A stretch of 64,000 bases of DNA from an uncultured Candidatus Sumerlaeota bacterium (GTDB taxonomy: Bacteria; CAYMEV01): positions 62,001-126,000 of the forward strand of contig CAYMEV010000009.1 in assembly GCA_964389675.1 (NCBI GenBank), written 5' to 3'. The notes beneath the pieces are model-generated. The model worked only from the letters and a program-made list of their open reading frames with translations. It was not told where the DNA came from and did no database searches. The translations under genes were made by a program, and so were the position numbers. Below, piece by piece: positions 19,680 through 30,166 of this stretch (positions within the stretch are counted from its first letter, which is position 1; the number at the start of each line of letters is the position of its first letter).

Positions 19680-21386
19680 ATGAAACACCTATTTTTAAGA
19701 TTTTTTATAGCACTGATTACTGTTATGGCCTGCGCATTGACAGGCTTTCCAGCTAATCTTGATGATGTATCAATAAATACTCAAAGCCAGTTTACCATTA
19801 TAGGTTTTGAGTTTGATTCTGAAACTGATATTCCTTTTAAGACATATACATTAACCAATACCGAGAGAATATACTTCGATCTTTCAAACACTACAAAATC
19901 TCCAAAACTGTCAAATCTCTTTGTTGATGATGAAAGGGTCAGCCAGATAAGGCTGGGATACAAAGACCAGTCATCTGTCAGAATTGTGTTTGAGATTGCA
20001 AATTTTAGGGCATCTGAGTTAAATACAGAATATAAATATATATCTGACAAAATGTATTTTATAATTGCAAATCCCGATTACGAAATAATTATTGACGATA
20101 TAATCAATAAATATATCTTAAAGACAGAACCGGAGGAACAGGTTGCAGAAGACCCGTTAAGCAGCATTGAAGACACAGCTGAAGAAGATTCAGTTGATGA
20201 TGCAGCTCAGACCGAAGACAAACAGGAGGAAATTAGCCAGATGAATGAAGAAAGGGAATCACTGTCAGTACCTTCCATTTCATTTTTACCAGAATCCGTC
20301 AATGAATTTCTGTTTAAAGAAATTGTGCCGGGCTTTTATACGATTTATGCTGTCATATTAGTCATATTTCTATTAATTGTACTCTTTTTAATCTCGAGAA
20401 GAAAAAAATCCAAAAAAAAAGCCCTTTCAAACTATGTAGATCAGTATACGGAACCAGAGGAAACAGAGGGAGAGACACTTTTTGATGAAAAGGAGGACTA
20501 TCAGGAAACTGAAGAACTGAAGGTACCTCATCCTGCAGCACCCCTTAAAGATGAGGATACCGGGGAGGACTTCCTTTTTGATGATTCTCATGGAGATATT
20601 GCCAGTCCTGAAGAAGACGAAGAAATTGAGGTAGCTGAGGTTTTAGATGAAGAATCTGATTATATTGCCGAAGATATCGATGAAACAAAAGATACAGATA
20701 CAGATATTGAAGAAGTACCTTTACCTGAAACTTCCGAAAGGGAAATAGAGCCTGAAGAGCCCGATGAGTCATCAAAAGAAATAGAGAAGGAAATTGAAGA
20801 CAGCCTTGAGGTATTTGAAAAGGCCAAGACAAATGTTAATAATGAAATGGACCAGGAGATCCTTATAAAACTGGACGAAAAGGAACTCAGTGAAAAAACC
20901 CTTGAAGAGAGCCTGAACGAATCATTCAGGTATTACCCTCTTAAAGTCGGAAACGGGTGGGTCTGGAGATACAAAAACAGCCTGAGAAAGAGAATGATTA
21001 TCGGAAGAAAGGAACTGCAGGGCAAGGGAGAGGTTTTTAAGATCAAAGAAACTGTCCGTATTGGCGAACACAAAAAACAGACAATCTGGTATATCTATAA
21101 ATCCAACAAAGGCATTATAGAAAAAGCTGACCAGTACAAGAAAAAGATACTTGCCTTCCCCATTAAGATAAATAAGAAATGGGAAGATGACAGCAATAAT
21201 TATGAGATAGTCGGAATGAATGACACAGTGAACAATTTTGACAAATGCCTCAAAATACAGGTATCTCCAAAGGATATACCAATAAAGAGATATATCTACT
21301 TCAAAAAAGATGTCGGCCTGATAATGGACGAAGCTAAGGAAGAGCTGATAAAGTACAAGATTGATGGCGTAGAGTATAGTATATAA
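19680..21386 (+). CDS. AMIN-domain bitopic membrane protein with long acidic region and C-terminal beta-rich domain
   Basis: Signal peptide, AMIN-like RIYFDL..VSQIRLG..VRIVFE, TM helix followed by RRKKSKKK, D/E-rich stretch, YYPLKVGN..YFKKDVGLI; ATG 19680 follows GGAGGG. Confidence 0.7.
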   Translation: MKHLFLRFFIALITVMACALTGFPANLDDVSINTQSQFTIIGFEFDSETDIPFKTYTLTNTERIYFDLSNTTKSPKLSNLFVDDERVSQIRLGYKDQSSVRIVFEIANFRASELNTEYKYISDKMYFIIANPDYEIIIDDIINKYILKTEPEEQVAEDPLSSIEDTAEEDSVDDAAQTEDKQEEISQMNEERESLSVPSISFLPESVNEFLFKEIVPGFYTIYAVILVIFLLIVLFLISRRKKSKKKALSNYVDQYTEPEETEGETLFDEKEDYQETEELKVPHPAAPLKDEDTGEDFLFDDSHGDIASPEEDEEIEVAEVLDEESDYIAEDIDETKDTDTDIEEVPLPETSEREIEPEEPDESSKEIEKEIEDSLEVFEKAKTNVNNEMDQEILIKLDEKELSEKTLEESLNESFRYYPLKVGNGWVWRYKNSLRKRMIIGRKELQGKGEVFKIKETVRIGEHKKQTIWYIYKSNKGIIEKADQYKKKILAFPIKINKKWEDDSNNYEIVGMNDTVNNFDKCLKIQVSPKDIPIKRYIYFKKDVGLIMDEAKEELIKYKIDGVEYSI

Positions 21387-21398
21387 AGCTAATTCACA

Positions 21399-22469
21399 AT
21401 GACATCCTTTGATCAATATATGCAAAGAGCCCTCAATTTATCCTTGAAGGGCCTGGGCCATACACTGCATAATCCTCTGGTTGGCTGTCTCCTTGTTCAT
21501 AGAGATAAAATAATCTCTGAGGGATACCACTCAAAATATGGAGGGCCGCATGCTGAAAAAATGTGCCTTGACAGAATTGACCCTCCCCCTGGCTGCACCT
21601 TATTTGTTAATATGGAACCATGCTGTCATTATGGGAAGACCCCTCCATGTACTGACCTTATAATTGAAAAAAGGATTTCAAGGGTAGTTATTTCCACCAT
21701 GGACCCCAACCCCCTTGTAAACGGCAAGGGAATTGAAATACTTCGCAATAATGATATCGAGGTAATCAATGGCATATTAGAAGCGAAAGCCCTTTACCTG
21801 AACAGGGCTTATTTCCATTATATGAAATACAGCAGTCCTTATATTACCCTAAAATTAGGAAGCACGCTTGATGGAAAGATAGCAGACAGGGAGAAAAGAT
21901 CACAATGGATAACCAATGAGAAATCAAGGATTAAAGCACACTGGCTGAGAGGAATCAATCGTGCTGTACATGTTGGCCTGAATACGCTGTTTCATGACAG
22001 GCCAAGACTTTCCACAAGGTACCCCTACAGGCAGATGCCAACTCCGCTGAGGGTCATAATCGACAGGAACCTGAAACTAAAGGAGAGCATGGATTTATTA
22101 AATGATAAAAGAGATACTATATTGTACACTTATAAAGCTCCGCCGGATACCCCTTTTTCTTCAAATGTCCTTTATGTAATGATTGATGAAGGGACTGATA
22201 TTATATCTGAAGCAGTAAAGGATCTCGGAAAGCGTTCCATATCTACACTGCTTGTTGAAGGAGGTGGCGAGACTGCTTTTGAGTTTCTTAATAGAAAACT
22301 GGTTAATGAGCTTCATATAACATACTCACCCAGGATTCTCGGAGGGGAAAAAAGTGTATCTTCTTTTTCAGGGGAAGGGTTTTTGCTGGAAAATTCTGTT
22401 AAGCTTAAAGATTATCGAATCTACAGATTTGAAGAGGATTTTGAGGTTGAAGGAATTATTGAGGATTAA
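21399..22469 (+). CDS. ribD: riboflavin biosynthesis deaminase/reductase
   Basis: NPLVGC, HAE, EPCCHYGKTPPC, TLDGKIA, SQWIT, LLVEGGG. Confidence 0.95.
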   Translation: MTSFDQYMQRALNLSLKGLGHTLHNPLVGCLLVHRDKIISEGYHSKYGGPHAEKMCLDRIDPPPGCTLFVNMEPCCHYGKTPPCTDLIIEKRISRVVISTMDPNPLVNGKGIEILRNNDIEVINGILEAKALYLNRAYFHYMKYSSPYITLKLGSTLDGKIADREKRSQWITNEKSRIKAHWLRGINRAVHVGLNTLFHDRPRLSTRYPYRQMPTPLRVIIDRNLKLKESMDLLNDKRDTILYTYKAPPDTPFSSNVLYVMIDEGTDIISEAVKDLGKRSISTLLVEGGGETAFEFLNRKLVNELHITYSPRILGGEKSVSSFSGEGFLLENSVKLKDYRIYRFEEDFEVEGIIED

Positions 22470-22472
22470 CTG

Positions 22473-23123
22473 ATGTTTACAGGAATAATTGAAGAAATCG
22501 GCCAGATTGCCTGTCTTTCAAAAAAAGGGGAAGGCTATTATATTGGCATCCAGACCAGCTCACTGATTTTGGACAATAAGCTTAAAACAGGCGACAGTGT
22601 TTCAGCAAACGGCATCTGCCTTACAATAAGCAGCATATCCGGTCCTGTGTTCTATGCAGATCTATCAGAAGAGACATTTACTAAAACAGCAATGAGATAC
22701 AGCAGTAAAGGGACATATGTCAACCTTGAAACCCCATGCAGACCTGACAGCCTTTTAAGCGGGCATATTATATCAGGTCATGTTGATGATACCGCGCGGG
22801 TTATCAGAATTGAACGGTCAGGTAAATACAGAACAATAACATTTTCCACTGATGACAATAAATATAATAATCTCCTGCTGGAAAAGGGTTCGGTATCTAT
22901 TAACGGGATATCTCTGACCATATTCAATGTGCAGAAGAACATATTTTCCTCTGCAATAATACCTGAGACAATAAGAAGGACAAATCTGCAATACCTTAAG
23001 ACAGAGGATTTTGTAAATATTGAATTTGACATTATCGGAAAATATATTATAAAGTGGTTAGAAGGAAGAAAATCTAATAATACCGATCTCGGCAGTCTAC
23101 TAAAGAATTCAGGGTTTATGTGA
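22473..23123 (+). CDS. ribE: riboflavin synthase
   Basis: [33 protein letters not shown]. Confidence 0.95.
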   Translation: MFTGIIEEIGQIACLSKKGEGYYIGIQTSSLILDNKLKTGDSVSANGICLTISSISGPVFYADLSEETFTKTAMRYSSKGTYVNLETPCRPDSLLSGHIISGHVDDTARVIRIERSGKYRTITFSTDDNKYNNLLLEKGSVSINGISLTIFNVQKNIFSSAIIPETIRRTNLQYLKTEDFVNIEFDIIGKYIIKWLEGRKSNNTDLGSLLKNSGFM

Positions 23124-23184
23124 TCCTGTTTTCCGCATGAGTTTATATAGTAATAAGCTCAAAGATTCACAGGAGGGAATAATT

Positions 23185-24387
23185 TTGGGTATAATTTCAA
23201 TTGAACAGGCAATAAGGGAAATGAAAGAAGGCAAATTCATTATTATAGTCGACAGTGAAGACAGGGAAAATGAAGGGGACCTGTGTATAGCTGCTGAAAT
23301 GGTAACACCTGAAAAGATTACCTTTATGGCAACTCACGGCAGGGGTTTAATATGCCTCCCCCTGCTTGCTGAAAGGCTTGAAGAGCTGAAGATCCCCATG
23401 ATGGTTGCAGAAAATACATCGAGATTTGAAACAGCATTTACTGTAAGCATAGAAGCAAAGGACGGTGTTTCTACCGGAATATCAGCCTTTGACAGGGCAA
23501 AGACCATACTGACGGCTATTGATCCGAAAACAAAACCGCAGGACATTGTTAAACCGGGACACATTTTCCCTCTCAGGGCAAAGAAGGGAGGCGTCCTTGT
23601 CAGGGCAGGACAGACAGAAGCAAGTATTGACATGGCCAGGCTCGCAGGTATGTACCCGGGAGCTGTAATCTGCGAGATCATGAAAGATGATGGTACTATG
23701 GCAAGAATGCCCGATCTCCTTGAGTTCAGCAGCAGGCACGATATAAACATCATTACTATCGAAGACCTTATCAGATACAGGACAAAGGAAGAATGCCTTG
23801 TATCAAGGATAGCTGAATCCATAATGCCTACAAGGTTCGGCGAGTTCAAGATCATTATCTATGAAAGCGAAGTGGATACAAAGGAACATATAGCTTTGAT
23901 ATACGGCGATATAAGTAACAGGGAAAGCGTGCTGGTAAGGGTCCATTCCCAGTGCCTGACAGGTGAAGTCTTTCACTCTCTCAGATGCGACTGCGGAGCA
24001 CAGCTTGACACTGCAATGAGCCTAATTGCAAAAGCTGGAAGCGGAGTTCTGCTCTATATGAAACAGGAGGGAAGAGGAATAGGCCTGTCCAATAAGATCA
24101 GGGCATATCACCTGCAGGACAATGGCCTTGATACAGTAGAGGCAAATATCAAACTAGGATTCAAGCCTGATCTCAGGGATTATGGCATAGGTGCACAGAT
24201 ACTGAAAGACCTTGAGATAACAAAAATGGACCTGCTGACAAATAACCCCAGAAAGATTGTAGGACTGGAAGGATATGGCCTGAAAGTAGTCAGGAGGATA
24301 CCCCTTGAGATTAGTCCTACCAAAGAAAACAAAGCCTATCTTAAAATAAAAAAGGAAAAATTAGGCCATTTACTGGAGAAGGTGTGA
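23185..24387 (+). CDS. ribBA: DHBP synthase / GTP cyclohydrolase II
   Basis: [35 protein letters not shown]; likely start TTG 23185 after AGGAGGG (track starts at 23137). Confidence 0.96.
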   Translation: MGIISIEQAIREMKEGKFIIIVDSEDRENEGDLCIAAEMVTPEKITFMATHGRGLICLPLLAERLEELKIPMMVAENTSRFETAFTVSIEAKDGVSTGISAFDRAKTILTAIDPKTKPQDIVKPGHIFPLRAKKGGVLVRAGQTEASIDMARLAGMYPGAVICEIMKDDGTMARMPDLLEFSSRHDINIITIEDLIRYRTKEECLVSRIAESIMPTRFGEFKIIIYESEVDTKEHIALIYGDISNRESVLVRVHSQCLTGEVFHSLRCDCGAQLDTAMSLIAKAGSGVLLYMKQEGRGIGLSNKIRAYHLQDNGLDTVEANIKLGFKPDLRDYGIGAQILKDLEITKMDLLTNNPRKIVGLEGYGLKVVRRIPLEISPTKENKAYLKIKKEKLGHLLEKV

Positions 24388-24388
24388 G

Positions 24389-24880
24389 ATGATGAATAAA
24401 TATCAAGGCAAATTAGATGCCAAAGGCATGAAATTTGGGGTTATTCTGCCCCGTTTTAATGATTTTATAGGACAAAAACTGCTTGAGGGCTGTATCGATG
24501 CAATTATCCGTCATAATGGAGATGAAGAAAATATTTCTCTCTTCAGGGTACCGGGTGCATTTGAGATACCACAGACAGCAAAGCTTCTGCTTAACCATTG
24601 CTCTTTCGATGTAATCATCGCACTTGGAGCAGTCATCAGGGGCTCAACATATCACTTTGATATAGTTGCAAATGAGGCAGCAAAGGGAATTGCAAAGCTT
24701 AGCCTGGATTACGACACCCCTGTTATCTTCGGCATTATTACTACAGATACTATTGAACAGGCAATTGAAAGAGCAGGTACCAAAGCAGGCAATAAGGGAT
24801 TTGACGCGGCTTTAGCAGGAATTGAACTGGCAAACCTCAAAAAGGAAATAGTGAAGATCAGCAGCCGTAAAACTAAATGA
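24389..24880 (+). CDS. ribH: 6,7-dimethyl-8-ribityllumazine synthase
   Basis: [36 protein letters not shown]. Confidence 0.96.
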   Translation: MMNKYQGKLDAKGMKFGVILPRFNDFIGQKLLEGCIDAIIRHNGDEENISLFRVPGAFEIPQTAKLLLNHCSFDVIIALGAVIRGSTYHFDIVANEAAKGIAKLSLDYDTPVIFGIITTDTIEQAIERAGTKAGNKGFDAALAGIELANLKKEIVKISSRKTK

Positions 24881-25311
24881 GCAGAAAAAAATCAAGAGAG
24901 TTTGCACTTCAGATTTTGTACCAGGTTGATCTTTCAGATAAATGGGAAAGCTATACGAGAGCCGTATCTGAATTCTTTGAGGAGAGGAAAACCGATTCAA
25001 ATATAAAAGATTTCACTGAATATATATTAAAGGGTGTTGTTGAAAACCTTTCCTATATTGACCGTCTCATTGATGAAAATACCTCTACAAGCTCCATTGA
25101 ATCCCTGCACTATATCGACAGGAATGTCCTGAGGATAGCTCTATTTGAGCTTTTCTTCTCAGAGCTTGTACCCATTGATGTAGCTATTAATGAGGCAATC
25201 AACCTTGCAAAAAAATATGGTGAACAGAAATCCGGTGGCCTTATAAATGCCATACTGGACAGCATTAAAAATAAGAATAAAGAAAAGCTCGAATTCAAAA
25301 AGGACCTTTAA
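24877..25311 (+). CDS. nusB: transcription antitermination factor NusB
   Basis: [38 protein letters not shown]; follows ribH. Confidence 0.95.
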   Translation: MSRKKSREFALQILYQVDLSDKWESYTRAVSEFFEERKTDSNIKDFTEYILKGVVENLSYIDRLIDENTSTSSIESLHYIDRNVLRIALFELFFSELVPIDVAINEAINLAKKYGEQKSGGLINAILDSIKNKNKEKLEFKKDL

Positions 25312-25314
25312 TCT

Positions 25315-26064
25315 ATGAAAATCGCAATAATAAGCGATATACACTCCAATCTGGAAGCTCTGAAAAAGGTACTGGAGTTTTATCAGAGCAAAAAGGCTGA
25401 TTCGCTGTTCTTCCTGGGAGACCTTGTTGGATACGGGCCCTCCCCCTGCGAGGCATGCGATCTCATGAAAAAGTATATCCATAACTCAGTAATGGGGAAC
25501 CATGATTATGCAGTAAGCTATGAGAACAACAGTGTACTGGATACTTTTAACCTTTCCGCAAGGGAAATGGTATTATGGACAAGGAACAAACTCAATGAAA
25601 AATCACCCGAATACCTGGAAATATTGAGGGATCTGCCTCTCCTGCGGGAAACAGAAAACCTGACATTTGTCCACAGTACACCCTACCGGCCTCAAGAATG
25701 GAACTATATATTCAATATTAGACAGGCATATTATATGTTCTATGAATTCAAAACTCAGATCTGTTTTGTAGGGCATTCCCATCAGCCTTATATTCTCGAA
25801 AAAAATCCCGCTGATGAACTGACATTGATAGATTCAAATTCAGTAACTATTAAAAAGGATCACAGGTATATCATTAATATTGGCAGTGTTGGACAGCCAA
25901 GGGATCTTGACAACAGGGCATGCATTGCCTTTCTTGATATTTCATCAGGTTCTGGAAGGTATGAGCTATACAGGCTTGATTATGATATAAAAAAGACGCA
26001 GCATAAGATGAGAGAAAGAAACCTCCCAAAATATTTAATTGACAGGCTGAAGGAAGGGAAGTAA
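25315..26064 (+). CDS. metallophosphoesterase
   Basis: SDIHSN, LGDLVGYG, GNHD, VGHSH, GSVGQPRD. Confidence 0.92.
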   Translation: MKIAIISDIHSNLEALKKVLEFYQSKKADSLFFLGDLVGYGPSPCEACDLMKKYIHNSVMGNHDYAVSYENNSVLDTFNLSAREMVLWTRNKLNEKSPEYLEILRDLPLLRETENLTFVHSTPYRPQEWNYIFNIRQAYYMFYEFKTQICFVGHSHQPYILEKNPADELTLIDSNSVTIKKDHRYIINIGSVGQPRDLDNRACIAFLDISSGSGRYELYRLDYDIKKTQHKMRERNLPKYLIDRLKEGK

Positions 26065-26076
26065 ATTAGATATAGT

Positions 26077-26469
26077 ATGTCTAGAAATAAACCTTTAAAA
26101 AAGCGGTCTATTCTCGTTGTTGAAGACTCAAGTACTATGCGCTCCTTTATCATTTCTGCACTTGAAGAGCTCTCTAATATAAACATACTGGAATCAGCCA
26201 ATGGCTTTGAAGCGATCAAGCTGCTTCCCCGCCACAAGGTAAACCTTCTGATTACTGATATTAATATGCCGGATATAAACGGGTTGGAGCTTGTATCATT
26301 TGTCAGAAAGCATCCTCTCTATAAAGATATCCCAATAATCATAGTAACAACAGAATCTACAGCACAGGACAGGAACAGGGGTTTATCACTCGGAGCAAAT
26401 GAATATATTACCAAACCCTTCCAGAACACTCAGCTGATAACTGCAGTCAAAAGGCTTGTAGGACAATAA
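26077..26469 (+). CDS. CheY-like single-domain response regulator
   Basis: VVEDS, TDINMP, VTTE, KPF. Confidence 0.92.
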   Translation: MSRNKPLKKRSILVVEDSSTMRSFIISALEELSNINILESANGFEAIKLLPRHKVNLLITDINMPDINGLELVSFVRKHPLYKDIPIIIVTTESTAQDRNRGLSLGANEYITKPFQNTQLITAVKRLVGQ

Positions 26470-26485
26470 AAAACAGCAGAAATAT

Positions 26486-26779
26486 ATGCTAAACCTTTAT
26501 ACAAAGGGAAATGCCACAATTATTCCAGCAATCGTAATTCCCAACAGCAAAAAGCAATCAATAACCCTGTTTGAAAATACGCTGAAAATACACATCACTA
26601 AACCTCCTGTAGAAGGCAGGGCAAACAGGGAGATTGTAGAATTCCTCTCAAAAGCGCTGAAAATCAAAAAGAAACAGATTAGCATTATCAGAGGAGCAGG
26701 ATCCAAAAACAAGCTGATAGCCATTGAGGATATATCAGATGAGGAACTTCTGTGCAGGCTCAGGCCTTTTTTTAAGTAA
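26486..26779 (+). CDS. DUF167/YggU family protein
   Basis: VIPNSKK, PPVEGRAN, IIRGAGSKNK. Confidence 0.85.
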   Translation: MLNLYTKGNATIIPAIVIPNSKKQSITLFENTLKIHITKPPVEGRANREIVEFLSKALKIKKKQISIIRGAGSKNKLIAIEDISDEELLCRLRPFFK

Positions 26780-26864
26780 GTATCCGGATCCTGTATAGAA
26801 GCCTGCATGCATGATCCCAGATGCACAAAAAAACAGTTAAGTGCCGGATCTTATTTTAATATTG

Positions 26865-27305
26865 TTAATTTTCCTTAAGATTCTCCCTCTTCAGTATTAA
26901 AATGGCTGCAACCTTTGAATCCTTTCCTGAACGAAGGTAAACAAGCTCAATCGTATCGCTGTCAATGAAGTCTCCAATGCTGTAGCCGTCATCATCAGCA
27001 ATATATATGGTCTTTTTATCTCTGCTTAAGGTGCCGACAAATTCTTCCATATGGTTTTCTGATACCTTTTTGCCATGGAAAAGACTCCCCTTTGGCTTTT
27101 CAAAGGTGAATTTTATTGAAAGCCCTGAAAAATAACCGACCTCTTCACTCTTATTATTTCGATGATTTGCTTCCCCGTTTATAACAGCTTCGCCTTCTGT
27201 ACCGACCCATGTGCCTTGAAGCACGCATTCATCAGCATAAACAGAACCTGAAAAGAGAATTGCCAGGATCAGCAGTGACATAAATAAACAATGCCTTTTA
27301 TGCAT
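26865..27305 (-). CDS. hypothetical exported protein
   Basis: Signal peptide (..VYA), LQGTWVG, beta-rich sequence; RBS GGGGGAG. Confidence 0.7.
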   Translation of the reverse strand: MHKRHCLFMSLLILAILFSGSVYADECVLQGTWVGTEGEAVINGEANHRNNKSEEVGYFSGLSIKFTFEKPKGSLFHGKKVSENHMEEFVGTLSRDKKTIYIADDDGYSIGDFIDSDTIELVYLRSGKDSKVAAILILKRENLKEN

Positions 27306-27348
27306 TTATATCTCCCCCTTTTGTCTTTTGTTTTATTATTTCAATATA

Positions 27349-27831
27349 TTAGATAACTTCAGGCTTTTCAATCTCCAGGACCTCAATCAGCTCTTCGGGT
27401 TCTGTCCGGTAAAGGCTCCCTTTCCCCTGGTAAAAACCATGATGCATAATGAGATGCAGCTGTATGTCCGTATAGGTCACTTCCTTTCCTGTCCTGTTGT
27501 TTTTAACAGTAATAACGCTTTTTGGAAGTATCTTACCGCATTCGAAGGGACAAGGCAGTTTCCCCCTTATAGTTTCAACGCTTACACTGAAATAGGGCTC
27601 CAGGTCAATAAAATCACCCAGCCCCTCTTCGCCCTTTTCCCTGAAATACAGCATCCTTTCTGCTATGGATCTATGGTCATAACCGAGCCTTCTGACCATA
27701 GAATCATCCTCTATCAGTATATCGACCAGGTTTCTTCTGTCATTTCCCAAGAATCCCGTCCTGGTCAATTTTCCAGGTCCAAGCCTCTTCTGTATCTTTT
27801 GCATCTTGACAGTCTGCTTCATATTAACCAC
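27349..27831 (-). CDS. uncharacterised protein, last gene of the nqr-like operon
   Basis: 8 nt after the nqrF stop; motifs GFLG, RGKLPCPF, HLIMHHGFYQGKGS; true start may be ATG 27822. Confidence 0.8.
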   Translation of the reverse strand: MVNMKQTVKMQKIQKRLGPGKLTRTGFLGNDRRNLVDILIEDDSMVRRLGYDHRSIAERMLYFREKGEEGLGDFIDLEPYFSVSVETIRGKLPCPFECGKILPKSVITVKNNRTGKEVTYTDIQLHLIMHHGFYQGKGSLYRTEPEELIEVLEIEKPEVI

Positions 27832-27839
27832 CTTTAATC

Positions 27840-28946
27840 TCAGCTGAATTTATCATAAAATATCAATTCCTTTCTCACGCCGCACTTGTTGACGAGTACA
27901 TCAACACATGCATTTATCATGCCAGGGCTTCCGCATAAGTAAGCCTCAATATCCTGACCATCTTTGATATGCTTTTCCACTATCCTGGTAATAAGCCCCG
28001 TTTCGCCCTCCCAGTTATCACTCTCTTCTGGCTGTGAAAGAGAAGGTATGAACCTGAAATCCGGAAGCTCCTTTTCCATCCTTTTCATTTCATCAAGCAG
28101 AAAGAGGTCTCTTTGGCTTCTTGCACCAAAAAAATAGACAGCCTTCCTGTTCAGCTGCCTTTCATTCATGTCAAGCAGCATTGATTTTATTGGAGCCATT
28201 CCAGAGCCTCCGGCAATGAATACTATATCCCTCTCACTCCCCCTCAGGTAAAAATCACCATAAGGACCGTTAACCATCACCTTTTGTCCCTCCCTGAGGT
28301 ATTTGTGTACATAGGTTGTACACAAGCCGTTCGGTACATATCTGATCTCAAGCTCTATGAGGGTTTCCATGGACGGGGCGGAAGATATTGAATAAGCCCT
28401 GTAAACAGGCTCGTATGTAAGTTCATACAGCGGAACCTCGAACTGGATGAACTGGCCTGCTTTAAAGCTTATAGTCTCATTATCAAGGATTTTTAATGTC
28501 ACCTGCTTTATATCATGGGTCAGATCAGAAATAGAAATTACTTCGGTACTGTATTGACGTATATTGAAAAGCTCTTTCGGAACAGTAATGTCAAAACGCT
28601 TCTTTACTTTTACCTGGCAGGACAGCCTTATATTCCTTTTTCTTTCCTCGGGTGTGATCCAGGGAAGCTCCGTAGGGAGGTATTCACCTGCCCCGCTATT
28701 GACCTGTAACTTGCATAATCCGCAGGAACCCTTTCCACCGCAGGCGGAAGGAATAAATATTTTTTTATCCTTAAGAGCAGACAGAAGTGGCCTGCCCCCA
28801 TCAACCACTAACCTCTTCTCTTTATTGATAACTATCTCCTGTTCCCCGTAATTTGCGATTGTTCTGTCTGCAATAACCATAAGTACAGCAAGAATTGTGG
28901 TTAAAGCTGTAATAATCAGGACTGTAACTATCAGTTCAGCAACCAA
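27840..28946 (-). CDS. nqrF: NqrF-like membrane-anchored 2Fe-2S/FAD/NAD(P)H oxidoreductase
   Basis: N-terminal TM helix, SACGGKGSCGLC..RLSCQ, RAYSISS, GPYG, AGGSGMAP, YLCGSP, FYDKF. Confidence 0.88.
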   Translation of the reverse strand: MVAELIVTVLIITALTTILAVLMVIADRTIANYGEQEIVINKEKRLVVDGGRPLLSALKDKKIFIPSACGGKGSCGLCKLQVNSGAGEYLPTELPWITPEERKRNIRLSCQVKVKKRFDITVPKELFNIRQYSTEVISISDLTHDIKQVTLKILDNETISFKAGQFIQFEVPLYELTYEPVYRAYSISSAPSMETLIELEIRYVPNGLCTTYVHKYLREGQKVMVNGPYGDFYLRGSERDIVFIAGGSGMAPIKSMLLDMNERQLNRKAVYFFGARSQRDLFLLDEMKRMEKELPDFRFIPSLSQPEESDNWEGETGLITRIVEKHIKDGQDIEAYLCGSPGMINACVDVLVNKCGVRKELIFYDKFS

Positions 28947-28958
28947 AAGACTCTCCTG

Positions 28959-29552
28959 TCAGTTTATATCAATCATACCTGAAAAACCTATGAAGGCAAG
29001 AGCCATGATCCCGGCAATTATCAGTGCTATACCGGCACCTTCAAGGCCCTTTGGTATCCTTGCTTTTTTTATCTTCTGCCTTATTCCAGCCATAGCAAGT
29101 ATCGCGAGAAACCATCCAATGCCTGATCCAAGCCCGTAGGCAAAAGATGAAAGCATACTGTATTCCCTTATTATCATAAACAGGCTTACCCCGAGAATGG
29201 CACAGTTGACAGTTATCAGGGGCAGAAAAATACCCAGTGAAAGATAAAGCGGATCTGATATCCTTTCTATTATCATCTCGACCAGCTGTACAAAGGCAGC
29301 AATTATCACAATAAATACAATATAGCGCAGGTATTCGATATTGAAGGGTACAAGGATATAATAATATGCAAGATAGTTCAGAACACTTGTGACAGACATC
29401 ACAAACGTTACAGCTATTCCAAGCCCAATAGATGTATTTACCTCCCTGGAGACTGATAAGAAAGAACACATTCCAAGGTAATTAGTAAGAAGAATATTAT
29501 TTGTAAATATTGCCGCAAAGAAAATAGCAAAAGACAGCATCCCCTCGCTCAT
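28959..29552 (-). CDS. nqrE: NqrE/RnfA membrane subunit
   Basis: YLGMCSF, FLPLITVNCAILG, six TM segments. Confidence 0.9.
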   Translation of the reverse strand: MSEGMLSFAIFFAAIFTNNILLTNYLGMCSFLSVSREVNTSIGLGIAVTFVMSVTSVLNYLAYYYILVPFNIEYLRYIVFIVIIAAFVQLVEMIIERISDPLYLSLGIFLPLITVNCAILGVSLFMIIREYSMLSSFAYGLGSGIGWFLAILAMAGIRQKIKKARIPKGLEGAGIALIIAGIMALAFIGFSGMIDIN

Positions 29553-30166
29553 TTTTTATCCTCCTGCCTGTCTCGTAATACTGCGCCTTTTATTACCCAT
29601 ATTAAGATCGCGAGCATGAAAAAAGCGCCTGGAGCCATGACCATTATAGACCAGTTTGTCCACCATTCTCCCATGACCCTGAATCCTGCAAGAGTCCCGG
29701 ATCCAAGTATCTCCCTGAAAATTGATATAATTAACAGGACATATGAATATCCAATTCCCTGGATAAACCCGTCAAACAGGGATAGTGCCGGCGGATTATT
29801 CAATGCAAATGCTTCTGCCCTCCCCATTACAATACAGTTTGTAATAATCAGGCCCACATAAGGGCCAAGCTGTGATGATATTTCAGGAGCATAAGCCTTC
29901 ACAATTATGTCAAATATGATTACATAGCATGATATGATCAGAACCTCTACCATCATTCTGATCCTGGCGGGAATAAGCTTCCTTAATACTGATATTGTCG
30001 AACTGGATAGTGAAAGAGTAAATATCAGGCCCGCACACATAACAATTGTATTCCTAACCAGGTTGGTGACTGCCAGGGTCGAACAGATTCCAAGGATCTG
30101 GTAGAAGACAGGGTTATTTGTAAAAAGCCCTTCTGATAGTACTTTTTTCAATTTCCTGTAATTCAT
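29549..30166 (-). CDS. nqrD: NqrD/RnfE membrane subunit
   Basis: NNPV..LGICSTLAVT, VGLIITNCIVMGRAEAFA, REILGSG, APGAF. Confidence 0.9.
   Translation of the reverse strand: MNYRKLKKVLSEGLFTNNPVFYQILGICSTLAVTNLVRNTIVMCAGLIFTLSLSSSTISVLRKLIPARIRMMVEVLIISCYVIIFDIIVKAYAPEISSQLGPYVGLIITNCIVMGRAEAFALNNPPALSLFDGFIQGIGYSYVLLIISIFREILGSGTLAGFRVMGEWWTNWSIMVMAPGAFFMLAILIWVIKGAVLRDRQEDKK

Noticed and set aside
20440-20930. GAA/GAT-rich quasi-repetitive DNA
   Set aside because: Explained by the acidic low-complexity coding region; no discrete repeat unit or CRISPR-like spacing
21387-21398. FMN riboswitch ahead of the rib operon
   Set aside because: Only 12 nt separate ribD from the upstream gene, and the AT-rich 19406-19679 region shows no RFN consensus
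26780-26864. Intergenic stretch with two CCGGATC copies and a TGCATGCA palindrome; considered as attC or repeat element
   Set aside because: No RYYYAAC/GTTRRRY ends, no integrase, and the repeats are too short to exceed chance
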